57,850 nt of DNA, from the NCBI RefSeq assembly GCF_001194135.2, contig NC_068998.1, forward strand, positions 193,843 through 251,692, given 5' to 3'. The notes under the pieces are model-generated. The model was not told the origin of the DNA. It saw nothing but the letters and a program-made list of their open reading frames with translations, and made no database searches. This DNA comes from Octopus bimaculoides (taxonomy: Eukaryota). Positions 13,831-26,843 of the stretch are shown here, one piece after another. A program made the position numbers and the translations under genes. How positions within the stretch are numbered: the first letter of the stretch is position 1; the number at the start of each line of letters is the position of its first letter.

Positions 13831-14341
13831 TGTGTAAGCAGCACACACATTTACATACTTTGTGTGAACATACACATAAATACACACCAAATATTAACAC
13901 ACACACACACACACACACATACACACGTATATTGTATATACCAACAAACAGCATATATTAATATATACATATATACACATACCTGACGCATCAGTACACA
14001 CCATAAACACACACACACATGTATATACATAACATATATATTAATACACACCATGTATCCATCCATCTATCTTCTTATACAACACACGCACAACCACACA
14101 TGTATGTGTTTGAATACACTAAGCATGTATGTGTGTATATATATATACACACACATATATAGCAGATATGTATATCAACACACACACCATTTATCTACGT
14201 ACATATATACTTTTTTTTTAGCATAAACCCAAACCATGGAGACTGGCCGCTACTTAAACACCCAACTTTTTAGAAATAACTACTAAATCCCCCTCATTAC
14301 ACCTCAGTGTGGAACGTTGCTGGTGGTATGGTTGGCTGATA

Positions 14342-14417
<76 letters not shown>

Positions 14418-14991
14418 TAAACTACAGAAAGTTAGAAAATGATTCAAGGAGCGAAAGTCAAAGTGCTATAGACGAAACTCTTGGCCCTTGAGTCCGTTTT
14501 GTAACTTTTAACAATTTATCTAATTTATCTTCTACCAACTAACAACTCAGCCTATCATGTACACACATCTCTTTCCCTCTCTTTGTATGTGTATGTGTGA
14601 GCATATATATATATGTGTGTGTGTAGCGACATTATGTGTAACATCTGCCAGTCACAGACCATTGATTCTCATAACCGGTGTCGGAACAATTCCGTCTGCT
14701 CCGAAAAATGGCTTTTAATTCCTAGAGCTGTTTGGAATTTAATGCACTTGTTTACATTGATACTTTCATTTATATATATATACATGCATATGTATATATA
14801 TATATATATAAATATATATACCGTGTATGTATACACTGCAGTAGTTGCCCTACTTTTTCCTTATCTGGTAATATATGCCATAAATTAGTGAGTAAACTTA
14901 GTGTATTTTATCTTTTCATTTATAACCGACTCCAAAGGCTCGGCGGCAGATGGTCACAGCGTCACTACTTAAAAATACACATTGACATATT

Positions 14992-15043
<52 letters not shown>

Positions 15044-15658
15044 TAAATCCCAAACACATACACACAGGTATAGGTGGATGTAAATATATATGCGTATAAA
15101 TATATGAGAGATAAGGAGATAGATTAATAGATAATATTGGTGATGGATAAGCATGAGAAGTTATGCCGCATGGACGTTCACAAGCTTATTATGTTTAAAT
15201 AAGTTTGAATGTGTTTACGTGGATGTTTCTAAGTGCCTCGGCGTATATGAGTTTTACCTGGATGTTTATGTTGTGTGTCAGTGTGTGTGTTGATGTCTGG
15301 GCATTTAGTATGTTTGTGGTATTGGTCATATTAGTGAAGTGAAATAGTCTCACCCAGGACTAGTAGCAAAACCACAGATACACCAGTTGTGTCAGGGGTT
15401 ACAGTATGAGAACATTTGAAGCATTCGTATCTTACAGCTATTTCAGTTTCCTTCGGGAAATGTTAACCATGTTGAGGAAGCATGTCGAAGTTTTTATTTG
15501 ATTTTACATCAAAATTGGTTAACATTATTGTTGTTGCTTTTATGATGGAGACTGTGACAAGGGAGTGTTTGTAACTAAATGCAAAACAAATATCTTGAGA
15601 TATTAATATCTTCAGCTCTGCATATATGAAATGATGTTATGCTGAGACACACACCATC

Positions 15659-15701
<43 letters not shown>

Positions 15702-15702
15702 C

Positions 15703-15739
<37 letters not shown>

Positions 15740-17199
15740 TACACAATCATATCTAACCCAGTGGCCATTGGTGTCTGCTGTTGAACATTTGAGTATTTAC
15801 TCTTGGAAATTTCCTCCAAGTTTCAGGCATGGACAAGATTTTTGGTGCAGAAGACTTACATTTGTCCATATTTGGAAGTCTCTTTTTTCTTGAAGGTCAG
15901 ATGTTATTTTTGGGAAAAGCTAAGGATCAAGTTGTAACGTGGTAATGATGTCATTGCAGGCTTTGCCATCTGAATGCAAAGAGTGAGAATGGACAAGACA
16001 TCTGTCTAATAGATGCCATTTGTATATGTGTATCTGTATGTCACTCTCTCTCTCACTACATAGATATATATATATATATATATATACATATACATAAAGA
16101 ATTAGACTTATACATAGAGAATTAAAGATAATCCCCTCATTTCCGTTCTTAAATTTAATGTATTCATACTCCGCGACCAATCTATTTGACTTGGAGGTTC
16201 AGCTTGTATGGAGACTTGCAGAAGTGCTGATTGAGGATCCACTTTGGATTTTAATCCCATTTATTTGATATATTTATACATACGTACATGCATGTGTGTG
16301 TGTGGAATGCATTTCTACATGGTTTCCATCTACTAAATTCTATTCATCTATTATTCATTGACCCAGGGCTACAATGGAATGTACTTCCCAAAGTGTCACT
16401 CAATAGGGACAGATTTGGAACCATGTGATTACCATGGCTGGAGTACCTATGGTCATAGGTCTGTATATTCGGTGCTGACCTGAGGCTAACCAACAACAAC
16501 AAGGGCTTTAGTATCTCGAGTAATGAAGCATCAGTCATGTGGATGCTAGAAATAGCTGTTAAATGTCCTTCACATATATGTGAAACTTTAGCATGTCACA
16601 CCATGCTGTCTTAAGGAAGGATAACATCTGGAGAAAAAGTTATTGGTATGCCAACACTGGAATGTCTTTGACCAGAATTGAAGCTAAACAACAGCAACAA
16701 ATGTAGTATTATTTCATTCTTATTTTTTTTGGTTTCAGTAAATGGTCTGCAGCCATGTTGGGGCACCACCGCTAAGAATTTAGTTGATCATATCCACTCC
16801 AGCTCTTACTTCAGTCTAGTACTTATCAATATCTATTTGTTGAACTGCTAAGTAACAGGATAAAAATTATTTCAGGTGTTAGGTGAGCACGGCTTTGTAC
16901 TGAGTTTTACTGATGAGGTCTAACAACATTGAAACACATTCAATGGTCTCACTTGTTGGACCCTCTCCAAATTGCAGTTTCTTGGATTAGCTGTTATTAT
17001 TATTAATTTCTCTTGTTGTTTTTAAGTTTTAAGCATTCCTTGAAGGCGATTAATCAAAGCGTTCACTATATTGCATATGTGAAAGTCTATCATATATATT
17101 TAATGTGTGTGTATACATGATATATGCACAAAAGTGGGAGAGATAGGAGAGAGAGAGACCAAATCATCAGTGAGTGATAAAAATAGTTACTGCACGGTT

Positions 17200-17700
17200 G
17201 GAGTGCTTATAGCTGCCACCTGGTTTGGTGTAGTGGCTGATGATGGTGGAGGAAAGCATGGTGCAGTGTGGCTAAGAGCTTGGGTTGGCTTTGGAAGAAT
17301 GGAAGACAATATGTAGAAGCTATATATGAGTTGTTGGTAAGGAGATTGAATCGGAAAAGACAGCATGGCAATCATGGTTGGGTAACAGGGTGTGATAAAG
17401 GACAGATATAGTGATGAAGGAAGAAGTAATGAAAGTAAAGAGGATGATGCATGTCAATGAAGAGGAGGGAATAATGCAAAATAGATTGGAGAATAGTGCT
17501 AAATATTGATGTTTAGACAGACTGGAGGTGTTAATATGGTGACACAGAGGAGAGAGAAGGATGGCTAGTAGTGGAGAAGGGTGATGTTTGGGTCTACTGA
17601 TTATAAAAGGATCTGAAGCCATCCCTTGTTATACAAGCATTGTGATGGAAGAGAGAAGAGTGATAAAAGGTGATGGTAGTGGTTGTAATTGGGTTGAATA
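17200..17700 (+). mobile_element. Highly decayed LINE (probably RTE APE endonuclease region)
   Basis: Purine-rich stretch with residual WLGN...VMKEEVMKVKR similarity to RTE endonuclease; many stops and indels. Confidence 0.3.
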
Positions 17701-17931
17701 CAATCAGATCAATATAGTCTTTATTAAGCAGGTAACATGGTACAATAGAGGTGAGGAAAGCAGTAGATGGAGACCCGCCAGAACATGAATGAATGAGAAA
17801 CCCAGTATATTATACAGCCAAATCTTTATTTCAACAGTTTTGTCTTGCCAGCATAGGCAAATAGGTCTTATTCAGCTCCCCGCTTGCCGTGGTTCTTTGC
17901 TGTTCAACTTTTGAGATAAGTCTTCACAAAT

Positions 17932-17989
<58 letters not shown>

Positions 17990-18416
17990 CATATGAAACA
18001 TATGTAATGGTGAACAAATAATACCAAAAATGTTTTCCAATCTCTTGTTTATATATTCCAGTGGTACTTGTACCCTTGAGGTAAATTGTGTGTGTGTAAA
18101 AATATCTCAGCCACGTTAAATCCACAAGTAGGATTCAGTTCGTTGGACAACTGAATGCACACCGAAGAGACAGACGGAGAATTCATCATATCTTTCCTTT
18201 TCTCATTCTATCTTTCTCTCTTTCTCTGTACACACACATATAATTGATAAAGGTTATATACTTTTAACAACTTCCTATCGGTACAATTAGACGTAACTGA
18301 GAGAGTTTCCGACAAAACATGTTGAACGATATACTCCTTCCTACTTGATTCAAATAAAGCTCACTCTCTCTCTCCCTCTCTGCCCTCCTGAAAGAACAAC
18401 CAGCAGTCATAATGGT

Positions 18417-18455
18417 GACTACTACTACAACAACTACTACTACTACTACAACTAT

Positions 18456-18487
<32 letters not shown>

Positions 18488-18490
18488 TAA
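18417..18490. repeat. (TAC)n/(AAC)n microsatellite, one of dozens of (TA)n, (CA)n, (GA)n, (TAA)n and (CAT)n tracts in the window
   Basis: Read directly; a similar (TAC)n tract lies at about 37008-37070. Confidence 0.9.
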
Positions 18491-19679
18491 TGTGGTGGTC
18501 GTCTGCTTGTTTGAATGAACACCTCAACAAAAATTGACATGTCTTTGTTGTTGTGATGTTGTCTGTTCCATTTACTATTTAATCTTGTTCGACAAACTGC
18601 AAGAATTTCCTTAAATATTTTAGATCGAATCATTTTTTATGTCATTCATACAAATTTTCTTCAAACCTATTTCCGATTTGTAAACCAGAAACATTTCTTC
18701 TAAACTCGAACTTCATATTTCTCTTTCGTTTCTCATATTTCTTTTTTACTAAAATGGTTTTGAAAAGTTTAATTTTTTTTCCACATTATTTTTGTTTTGG
18801 TTGAAAAGTTTTCATATTAGATATTCCCCCTTTTCTTTTTTACTTCATTACAGTACTGAAATGACTATTGTCTTAAATAGAGTTTATTTACTTCACATAG
18901 AAGCTATGTAACATTATATATCTACAGGATATCTATTTGTTGTTAATATATGTGTTATTATATATCGATATTTTAGGTGGTATTCCACTGTTAATGCAGT
19001 AACTAACAATGTTTTCGATGTTATCTTAAGCATGTAACACGTTTAGTAACCAACAAAGGATACGTTGTTGTACACAATGCTAGAAACAACAGTCAAATCT
19101 CTCTCAAATCACACTCTGCTGTCTTAAAAATGGAGGGACACATTAGATGATATAGTCCTATAGCCCCTAAAAGAGACAAGATGGTCACAGTGGTGCTCTC
19201 TTTTAATCATAGGTGAGAGTTGACTCCGGGCCAACGAGGGGAACGTCTTCGTGATCGTCCGAACTGCTAGAAGGTGCGTCCGAAACTCCCCATTAGACAC
19301 TATACCGCATTAAGTAATGCAGTTCACTGGCTGAAAAATAAAGATAAAGTTATCATGAATGGCATGTTACATTTTTAGCTGTGGTTGATTATAAAGTATC
19401 TCTTGGTTTACTACGGCATGTTGCATAGCATAATATAACATATGCAGCGTATTAACTCGTAGAAATAATACAAGAAACGAACTTTTGAATAACAACGAGA
19501 CTTTATTCCCCTGCTAAATTATACAATGGACCAAATAACACCACGAATTCTGTTGGTTGTATAATTCATCCATCGTTAGGATAATTCAGCTCTGGCTGTC
19601 GTTGGTTGCAAGTGCTTGGTTGTAACAGCAGGATAATAAAACGCATGCCCTTGGAAAATCTCTCACCGCACTGGCCACA

Positions 19680-19880
19680 AATGATTTGATAAAACTATTC
19701 ATAAGCAGATGGTAGGATCCAGCGATGGTTCAAATTTATTGTTCGAGGATGTATTACGCGTAACGTGATTGAATCCGAGATCCTTATCCCGCGCAATACT
19801 CGACCAATCAAAATACAAGACTCAACCAAACGTTCCAAACTCATATGATAGGTCAAATGATAGGTCAAATGACCAATCAT
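19680..19880. promoter_or_regulatory. Putative unmethylated promoter: CpG cluster, two CCAATCA boxes, palindrome TTACGCGTAA, AGGTCA repeats
   Basis: About 10 CpG in 19681-19860 (hand count); CCAATCA at 19804 and 19873; TTACGCGTAA at 19754-19763; lies at the transition to CpG-poor DNA. Confidence 0.5.
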
Positions 19881-21631
19881 TAAAGATTATCATATGGAGC
19901 CATAAATATTATGGCTAGTTGAACATAAAATATCAGAACAGAAATGGGTCTAGAAATAATACATTTCTAAATCTCTCAGAGATTTATGCAGTAGTGATAC
20001 GATGAAGAAATGGGTCTCACTCCACATTTATTAGGGTTGACATGAGTCTAAACGACAGTGTTCAGGTGTTACAGTTATTTTACTTGATTAAATTTGGCCA
20101 AATTACTATTTTTTGTGTATAATAAATCCCTTTAATAAACTCTTCCACATTTTAAAGAGGGCAGAAGTAAATATCTTCACCGTTTTGGGGCCACTGTTGT
20201 ATGGCAGGTCCACTGGCAAGTGGAAATAGGAACCAGAGCATTTAGAAAAGTTATTTAAGATTTAGTACCTCTTCCACTACAAGAGTTCTTTCTTGTTGAG
20301 CTAAAAAGATCACAAGTCTTTGAATTCCTTTGATCTATGAAACCTTTATGTTTACAAATAATATTTGGTGCTGTCTTTCTTATCCAGCAAGCTTGGTATG
20401 TCCTATTTTGTTTGGTTAGGATTATATTTGTCAAATGGTATTTGCTTGCTTAATATATGTTGTGGTATTTGGAGCATGTTGCTCGCCTCAGTTTATCTAT
20501 CTTACATTATATTTACAAACAATTGTTACTTTACTTCTGTCCCCACACCCATATGTCTGCCAAAACAATTGACTGTAGCTATTCCTTGAGAAGAATAAAT
20601 ACATCAACAACTACTAGCTCCAAATTCCTAAGTTTTCTTATTATTCTCCCATCTGAACTAAATGATTAATGAATTTATTATTCCAAACTATCCGTTTTTC
20701 ATTCTAATGTGGGGAATTACCACTGACTCTGAGTAAACTGTTTTATGGGACAATATAGCAGTGATACTTCTTCAATACATCATTATATTCTATGTTCTAG
20801 AGATATATATTCTAAAATTGAAAATTATTTGTCATGTCCAGTACTCAAACCTGCTTAACGAATGATAGATGGAAGCCATATTGTTCAATGTAGAGATATA
20901 TTGATTTGCCAGTAGATCACAAGAATAAATCTGAGACTGGATGAAACTTAACTTAAAACTTACCTCTGTTGATGTAGTCTGCTAATTATTTTTATTATCC
21001 CTTAACCAAATTAACAGGTGACATTCAATTGATACACCATATTTTTGTTGTTTTCTAACATGATAAACTGCTATAAACAGTTGGCATTGGTCATCAGATA
21101 AAACTACTGAATGTTTTCATGTTGTGTATCTATTTAAATGTGAGCTGACATATATTTGATATAGCAACTATCCCCTTCTCCTCCATATGCTTGAAATTAT
21201 ATCCATGAGGGAATGAAAAATCATTAATATTAATTCTTGTCAAAGAAGGCAAGGCTGACAACTCTAAGATGGAAGTTAATTAAAAATTAAATGAAGATCT
21301 GTAGTGGTCAGTATAATCTTTGGGCAAGTAACGCTAACACTAAACATATTTCAGTCTTGTTCTCCTTAGTGAAGTCTTACTCCTACTTACCAGACTTTAT
21401 GGTGGGTGAATGAATATTTTGGATGAAAACTATCCACTAATTAGGCAATTAACTTTAATAACTTCTGGACATTTGTCATTATATAGAGTAATTCAGCCTG
21501 ATATAGTTTCCCCTCCTGCCATATCTCTGTAAGCTTTATCTAAGGGAAGAGATGAACTTTCCACTGTGAGCTGTATCACTCTATGGCATCTATTTACTGC
21601 TAACAAGGCTAAGCTGTTATTAGTCAACACT

Positions 21632-21847
21632 TTAATCTTTTAGCATTTAAACCGGCCATATCTGGCCCAAATATTCTACTCGTTTTATGCTTAAGGCAAC
21701 CAGATCCAGCCTCTACAATGTCATTCTTAAAATAAGCAATCACATCATCAAAATTTTGAAGCCACAAGATAATGCATGATTAATTCAAAGCAATGTGAAT
21801 AAATAGACATTACATTTGACAGAGTAACCTAAATGCTAAATGGTTAA
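21632..21847. mobile_element. MITE with TTAA-bounded terminal inverted repeats (piggyBac-like non-autonomous element)
   Basis: Left end TTAATCTTTTAGCATTTA; reverse complement of right end TTAACCATTTAGCATTTA (2 mismatches in 18 nt); about 215 bp, no ORF. Confidence 0.6.
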
Positions 21848-21866
21848 GCAACTATATTTCTGATAC

Positions 21867-22202
21867 AAAACCGAAATCCTAATAAGTAGGAAGGTAGATA
21901 AAACACAAACCCCTTCAGGTAGATGGCCCTGCTCAGTATGTAGAAAAGGAGTAGGTAGTAACTCTATAAGATGTACCCGGTGCAAGCTATGGACACATAA
22001 GAGGTGCAGCAACATCAAAGGCAGGTTAACTAGCAAGTTAGTTTTTGTTTGTGGCAGATGTTCAGGTGCAATAAAGACTGCAAACAAACAGGAAACAACT
22101 TCTATCTCATTCCAGGGTGAAAAACTAGAGGTAGTCGATAGCTTCCGCTATCTGGGCGACCAAGTTAGTAGTGGGGGTGGGTGCGCTGAAAGTGTAGCTG
22201 CT
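21867..22202 (+). pseudogene. RTE reverse transcriptase fragment containing a C4HC3 (PHD-type) zinc finger
   Basis: C-x2-C-x10-C-x2-C-x4-H-x2-C-x14-C-x2-C at 21930-22061, immediately upstream of LEVVDSFRYLGD. Confidence 0.8.
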
Positions 22203-23195
22203 NNNNNNNNNNNNNNNNNNNNNNNNNNNNNNNNNNNNNNNNNNNNNNNNNNNNNNNNNNNNNNNNNNNNNNNNNNNNNNNNNNNNNNNNNNNNNNNNNN
22301 NNNNNNNNNNNNNNNNNNNNNNNNNNNNNNNNNNNNNNNNNNNNNNNNNNNNNNNNNNNNNNNNNNNNNNNNNNNNNNNNNNNNNNNNNNNNNNNNNNNN
22401 NNNNNNNNNNNNNNNNNNNNNNNNNNNNNNNNNNNNNNNNNNNNNNNNNNNNNNNNNNNNNNNNNNNNNNNNNNNNNNNNNNNNNNNNNNNNNNNNNNNN
22501 NNNNNNNNNNNNNNNNNNNNNNNNNNNNNNNNNNNNNNNNNNNNNNNNNNNNNNNNNNNNNNNNNNNNNNNNNNNNNNNNNNNNNNNNNNNNNNNNNNNN
22601 NNNNNNNNNNNNNNNNNNNNNNNNNNNNNNNNNNNNNNNNNNNNNNNNNNNNNNNNNNNNNNNNNNNNNNNNNNNNNNNNNNNNNNNNNNNNNNNNNNNN
22701 NNNNNNNNNNNNNNNNNNNNNNNNNNNNNNNNNNNNNNNNNNNNNNNNNNNNNNNNNNNNNNNNNNNNNNNNNNNNNNNNNNNNNNNNNNNNNNNNNNNN
22801 NNNNNNNNNNNNNNNNNNNNNNNNNNNNNNNNNNNNNNNNNNNNNNNNNNNNNNNGGCACATGAGATGCACCATTTTGAGCGTGGCCGTTGCCAGTACCG
22901 CCTGACTGGCTCCTGTAGGATTTTCGAGCGAGATCGTTGCCAGTGCCCCTGGACTGGCTTGTGCGGGTGGCACATAAAAGACACCATTTCGAGCGTGGCC
23001 GTTTTCGTGCGGGTGACACGTAAAAGCACCCACTACACTCTCTGAGTGGTTGGCGTTAGGAAGGGCATCCAGCTGTAGAAACTCTGCCAAATCAGACTGG
23101 AGCCTGGTGTTGCCATCCGGTTTCACCAGTCCTCAGTCAAATCGTCCAACCCATGCTAGCATGGAAAGCGGACGTTAAACGATGATGATGATGAT
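21867..23195 (+). mobile_element. Young 5'-truncated RTE-clade non-LTR retrotransposon (RT fragment, N gap, 3' UTR, (GAT)n tail)
   Basis: Hand translation of 21867-22202 gives 112 uninterrupted codons, KTEILISRKVDKTQTPSGRWPCSVCRKGVGSNSIRCTRCKLWTHKRC...CGRC...GEKLEVVDSFRYLGDQVSSGGGCAESVAA. LEVVxSFxYLGD is typical of the RTE RT C-terminal region. After the 653-N gap, 22856-23195 ends in CCAACCCATGCTAGCATGGAAAGCGGACGTTAAAC(GAT)5. CpGs are retained. Missed by the ORF track because it lacks a start codon. Confidence 0.9.
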
Positions 23196-24827
23196 AAGCA
23201 CTATTTGACATATTCTGGGCATAGTATCTGTAAATGAAGTAAAAACTACTTATAAAAAGGCAAATGTCTACCTGCATCTCTATAACAGGGAAAGTGTGTT
23301 GTATAAAAATGTAATAGCATCTTTGAGAAGTGTCTTGTGCATTTTGTCAAGTTTCCTTTAGAAATCAGATAAATCTCTTGAGATAACTTTCTTTCTGGCT
23401 CTCACAGTGGCTTAACAGGCACAATTTATCTACTGTCATTCTTTTATGAAAATCTGAATGGCTTGTTTTCCAGGTACAGTTGTAAGCAGTGTGAACACTG
23501 TAAAATTAATGAATGTTTCATTAGATGCATTATTGTGGTTGACTTCTCATGTTATTCCAGAGAAATTGGTGAAGAAAGTCAACTAAATCAATCAATCTAA
23601 ATGATTACTGTAGCCTGTGGGAGTCTTGCATGATTGATGCATATTCCATAACACACAACTTAAGTCCTAACATAGCTTCTTGAATTCAGTAGGAAGATAA
23701 CCCATTGATGGATAGAGCTGATTAGATAAAAATGGTATTAACTCTGTTGTATGGGCTTAAGGAAATGTAGGAACTGTTATTGTTGAGATTACTCAATGAA
23801 TTTTTTTGGAATATTGTTTAGAATAATAAATTCTTCCCTTGACACAGGATGAGAATAACTATTTTACTTACCTATCAGGATAATTCTGCTCCTTCTTCAT
23901 CGTGGAGGAATACAAAGTTGATTTCAACGAGATTTGAAAGCAGAATGTAAATCAAAAGTAGTTCCACATCCGTTTTGCAATTACAACACATTCAACTCAA
24001 TAATTCTTTACAATCGAGGAGCCTGGTGCAGCCATCCGGTTCACTAGTCCTCAGTCAAATCGTCCAACTCATGCTAGAGATTTTTATGAAAGAAAAGATG
24101 TGTTGCTGTAACAGCAGTGAAAGGATGAAAAATAAAATTGACCTTAGTGAGATTTGGACCCAAAATATAAAAAAACCATTAACTATTTATACTGATATTT
24201 TAATCCAGCAAAAAAATAGCAACGGATCCTATTATTGTCATTAATTTTATTGATCCAGGATAGTGAAATGTAGAAGTGACTCAGATTCTGAACTTAAAAA
24301 CAAAGAGGGATAAAACTAAATTACAGCAATTATTTTGTTTTATAAATGTCTCAACATTTCCTAAATGAAGAATGTTGGTGAGATTTCCATCTTTTACAAT
24401 ATAAAAGAATTATTCCCAGAAGTGAGGAACAATCAATAAGACCATTCCATCTGATGATAAGGTTACCTTGAAAACATTCACAGAAATTGAAAGCCTTACA
24501 ACAGCAATGCTGTTAATTATTTATCTTTTACATTCAATAAATCTTAACTAAATTTGTCTTCACTTAATTAGTCAATGTGTAGATTTAACCATTTATAAAT
24601 AATCATACTTCACAATTCCTCATTATTTAATTATTGTTGTTTGCATAATTTCTTTGTCCACAATTCTGTTACCATTTATAATGAATTTATAGATAATAAA
24701 CCATCTCGATTGATTATCATTTTTTATGACTCACCACAAACAACAATTCTTAAATGGAGGGTGGTGGTGTGGTAGGGTGGGTTATCATCAGTTGAATTAA
24801 TCACAGCATTAAGAGTATTGTTTATCT

Positions 24828-24870
<43 letters not shown>

Positions 24871-25209
24871 GTGGAACTCTAAATATACATTGAATAATAT
24901 AATTCTTAAACATTTCAGAAACACTGCTAAACAGCCCCACCCACCAGTCCCTAATTCATTATACATGAGTCTTCATATAATACTTTTTTGTTTGTTCATT
25001 TTATCCATTTGGAGATTATCTATAATTAATTAATAATCCAAAAGAAGGTCAGTTATCCAATCCTTGTATATAATTAAACTGACCCCTACCAAAAATAGTG
25101 TGATTCTACAAATGAAGAAATGAAATATTCCTTTCAAACAAGGAATGGATTCCTTGTGTCATATTGACATAACAAACTTGAACATTTCTAGAACCTACAC
25201 AGTACAGTG

Positions 25210-25513
25210 GGGTGGCTGCATGGTAAGAGGTTTGCTGCCTAACCATGGTTTTGGGTTCAATCTCACTGAGTGACACCTTGGGCAAGTGTCTTCTACTATA
25301 GCCCTGGGCTGACCAAAGCCTTGTGAATAGATTTGATAGATGGAAACTGAAAGAAGCCTATGTGTCTTTGTGCAAGTGTTAGTGGTTCAGCAAAAGAGAC
25401 TGAGCAAATAAGTACCAGGCCTTACCAAAAATTAAATAATGGGGTCGATTTGTTTGACTAAAATTGTTCAAGGTGGTACCCCAGCATGACTACAGTCTAA
25501 TGACTGAAACAAG
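25210..25513 (+). mobile_element. Family B SINE with 3' tail segment, deaminated
   Basis: GGGTTCAATCTCACTG..CACCTTGGGCAAGTGTCTTCTACTATAGCC..GGAAACTGAAAGAAGCC, then AAGTACCAGG..CCCCAGCATG..TAATGACTGAAACAAG. Confidence 0.75.
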
Positions 25514-26535
25514 ATAATAATGACCACATTGAGGTGTATTAAACACACAACTTACTGATTGTGTTCACAGTTTGATATCTTGTACTCCCTATGTTCACTA
25601 CCTCCTCTATATCATTAGCTCTAATACTCTTTTATTAGATATATAGAGAGGAGTATATTCCCTTTGTATATATATATAAAAGAGTATTTATTTTTACGTA
25701 TTTCCTTACTCCTCTTTTTACTGTTCTCTCCTTTCTACTTCTGTATACTCCCCCTCCTCCCTCCCCAGCTTCATTTTCACTCTGTACATCATCTGTTTCC
25801 CTATCTTTGTTAAATATGATGTCGGTATGCTGATGTGTATGAAAACTGTTCAATGATTCCAATCTACTGTACTTGACTGCTCATACCTGGCCACAGCTAT
25901 CAATTATATTCAAAATAATGATGATGTGAAGGATTTTCCGATGCCATCTTTCTCTCTGTTGGTTGTTATTTGTTTGATTTGACTTGATTAACTGAAATTT
26001 CTGTTGATCAGACAAGCACTTAACGCTGGTTGTTACTACGATAGATGTCTACTGCAGGAAGAGTTTGTTATTGTAATGAATAATTTATCTGAATGATCTA
26101 TTCATGACATTCTGATTACACATTCTGGGGTGGGGTGGGGGCAGGGGACTAAACAACAACAACAAGCTGTCACATGTAGAAAGATAAAACATGTGTGAAG
26201 TAGGACTGATTTTGTTTCATGGAGTTTACATGAACTCTAAATTCTTTAGTTAACGACAATTTCTTATGTCAATAATTAAGATATTGTTTAAATTTATAAT
26301 TTAGCTTCATTAAATAAAATCACGTGGTTACTATTGAGAGCCCCAGCATGACACTGGTGGTGATACTTGGCTGAAACAATTTCAAGGAAGGGAATTCTAT
26401 CATTCAGTGTCCTTTTCCTGTTAAACTGACCATTAGATAGTTTACACCGATGCATGTGCTTTGATTAGGATCTCTTCAAAGTTATTAGATCTTACTGGCT
26501 TTTATAAAATTTTGATGTGTGTGTGTGTGTATTAT

Positions 26536-26760
26536 CATCATCACCATCATTTAATGGCCGTGTTCCATGCTAGCAGGGGTGGAACAGTACCACGAGAACT
26601 GGCCAGGCCGAAGCCTGCACCAGACTTCTGTGACTGTTTTGGATTTTTACAACTGGATGCCCTTTCCAACACCAACCACTCAGCAGAGTGGATTTAGTGC
26701 TTTTTATGTGGCACCTGCACTAACGGTCACCAAGTACTTGCAAGACAAAAACTTTTAAGA
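26536..26760 (-). mobile_element. RTE 3'-UTR-derived short element with (CAT)n/(GAT)n tail
   Basis: CATCATTTAATGGCCG..TTCCATGCTAGCA..; ACTGGATGCCCTT.CCAACACCAACCAC matches the reverse complement of the RTE 3' UTR at 23040-23195. Confidence 0.7.
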
Positions 26761-26796
26761 GGGGAGGTGGCATTGGAAGAGGTGATGAGGAAAAGG

Positions 26797-26843
<47 letters not shown>

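Noticed and set aside
20600-21070. Helitron-like words HLLIWL and LRNLELVVVD on the minus strand
   Set aside because: Too short, no flanking Rep/helicase motifs, only about 400 bp apart
22125-23126. Long minus-strand ORFs of 284-333 aa
   Set aside because: Mostly X from the 653-N gap; antisense to the RTE element
21848-23210. Target-site duplication around the RTE (AAGCAACTATATTT versus AAGCACTATTT)
   Set aside because: Not identical, so cannot be claimed as a TSD
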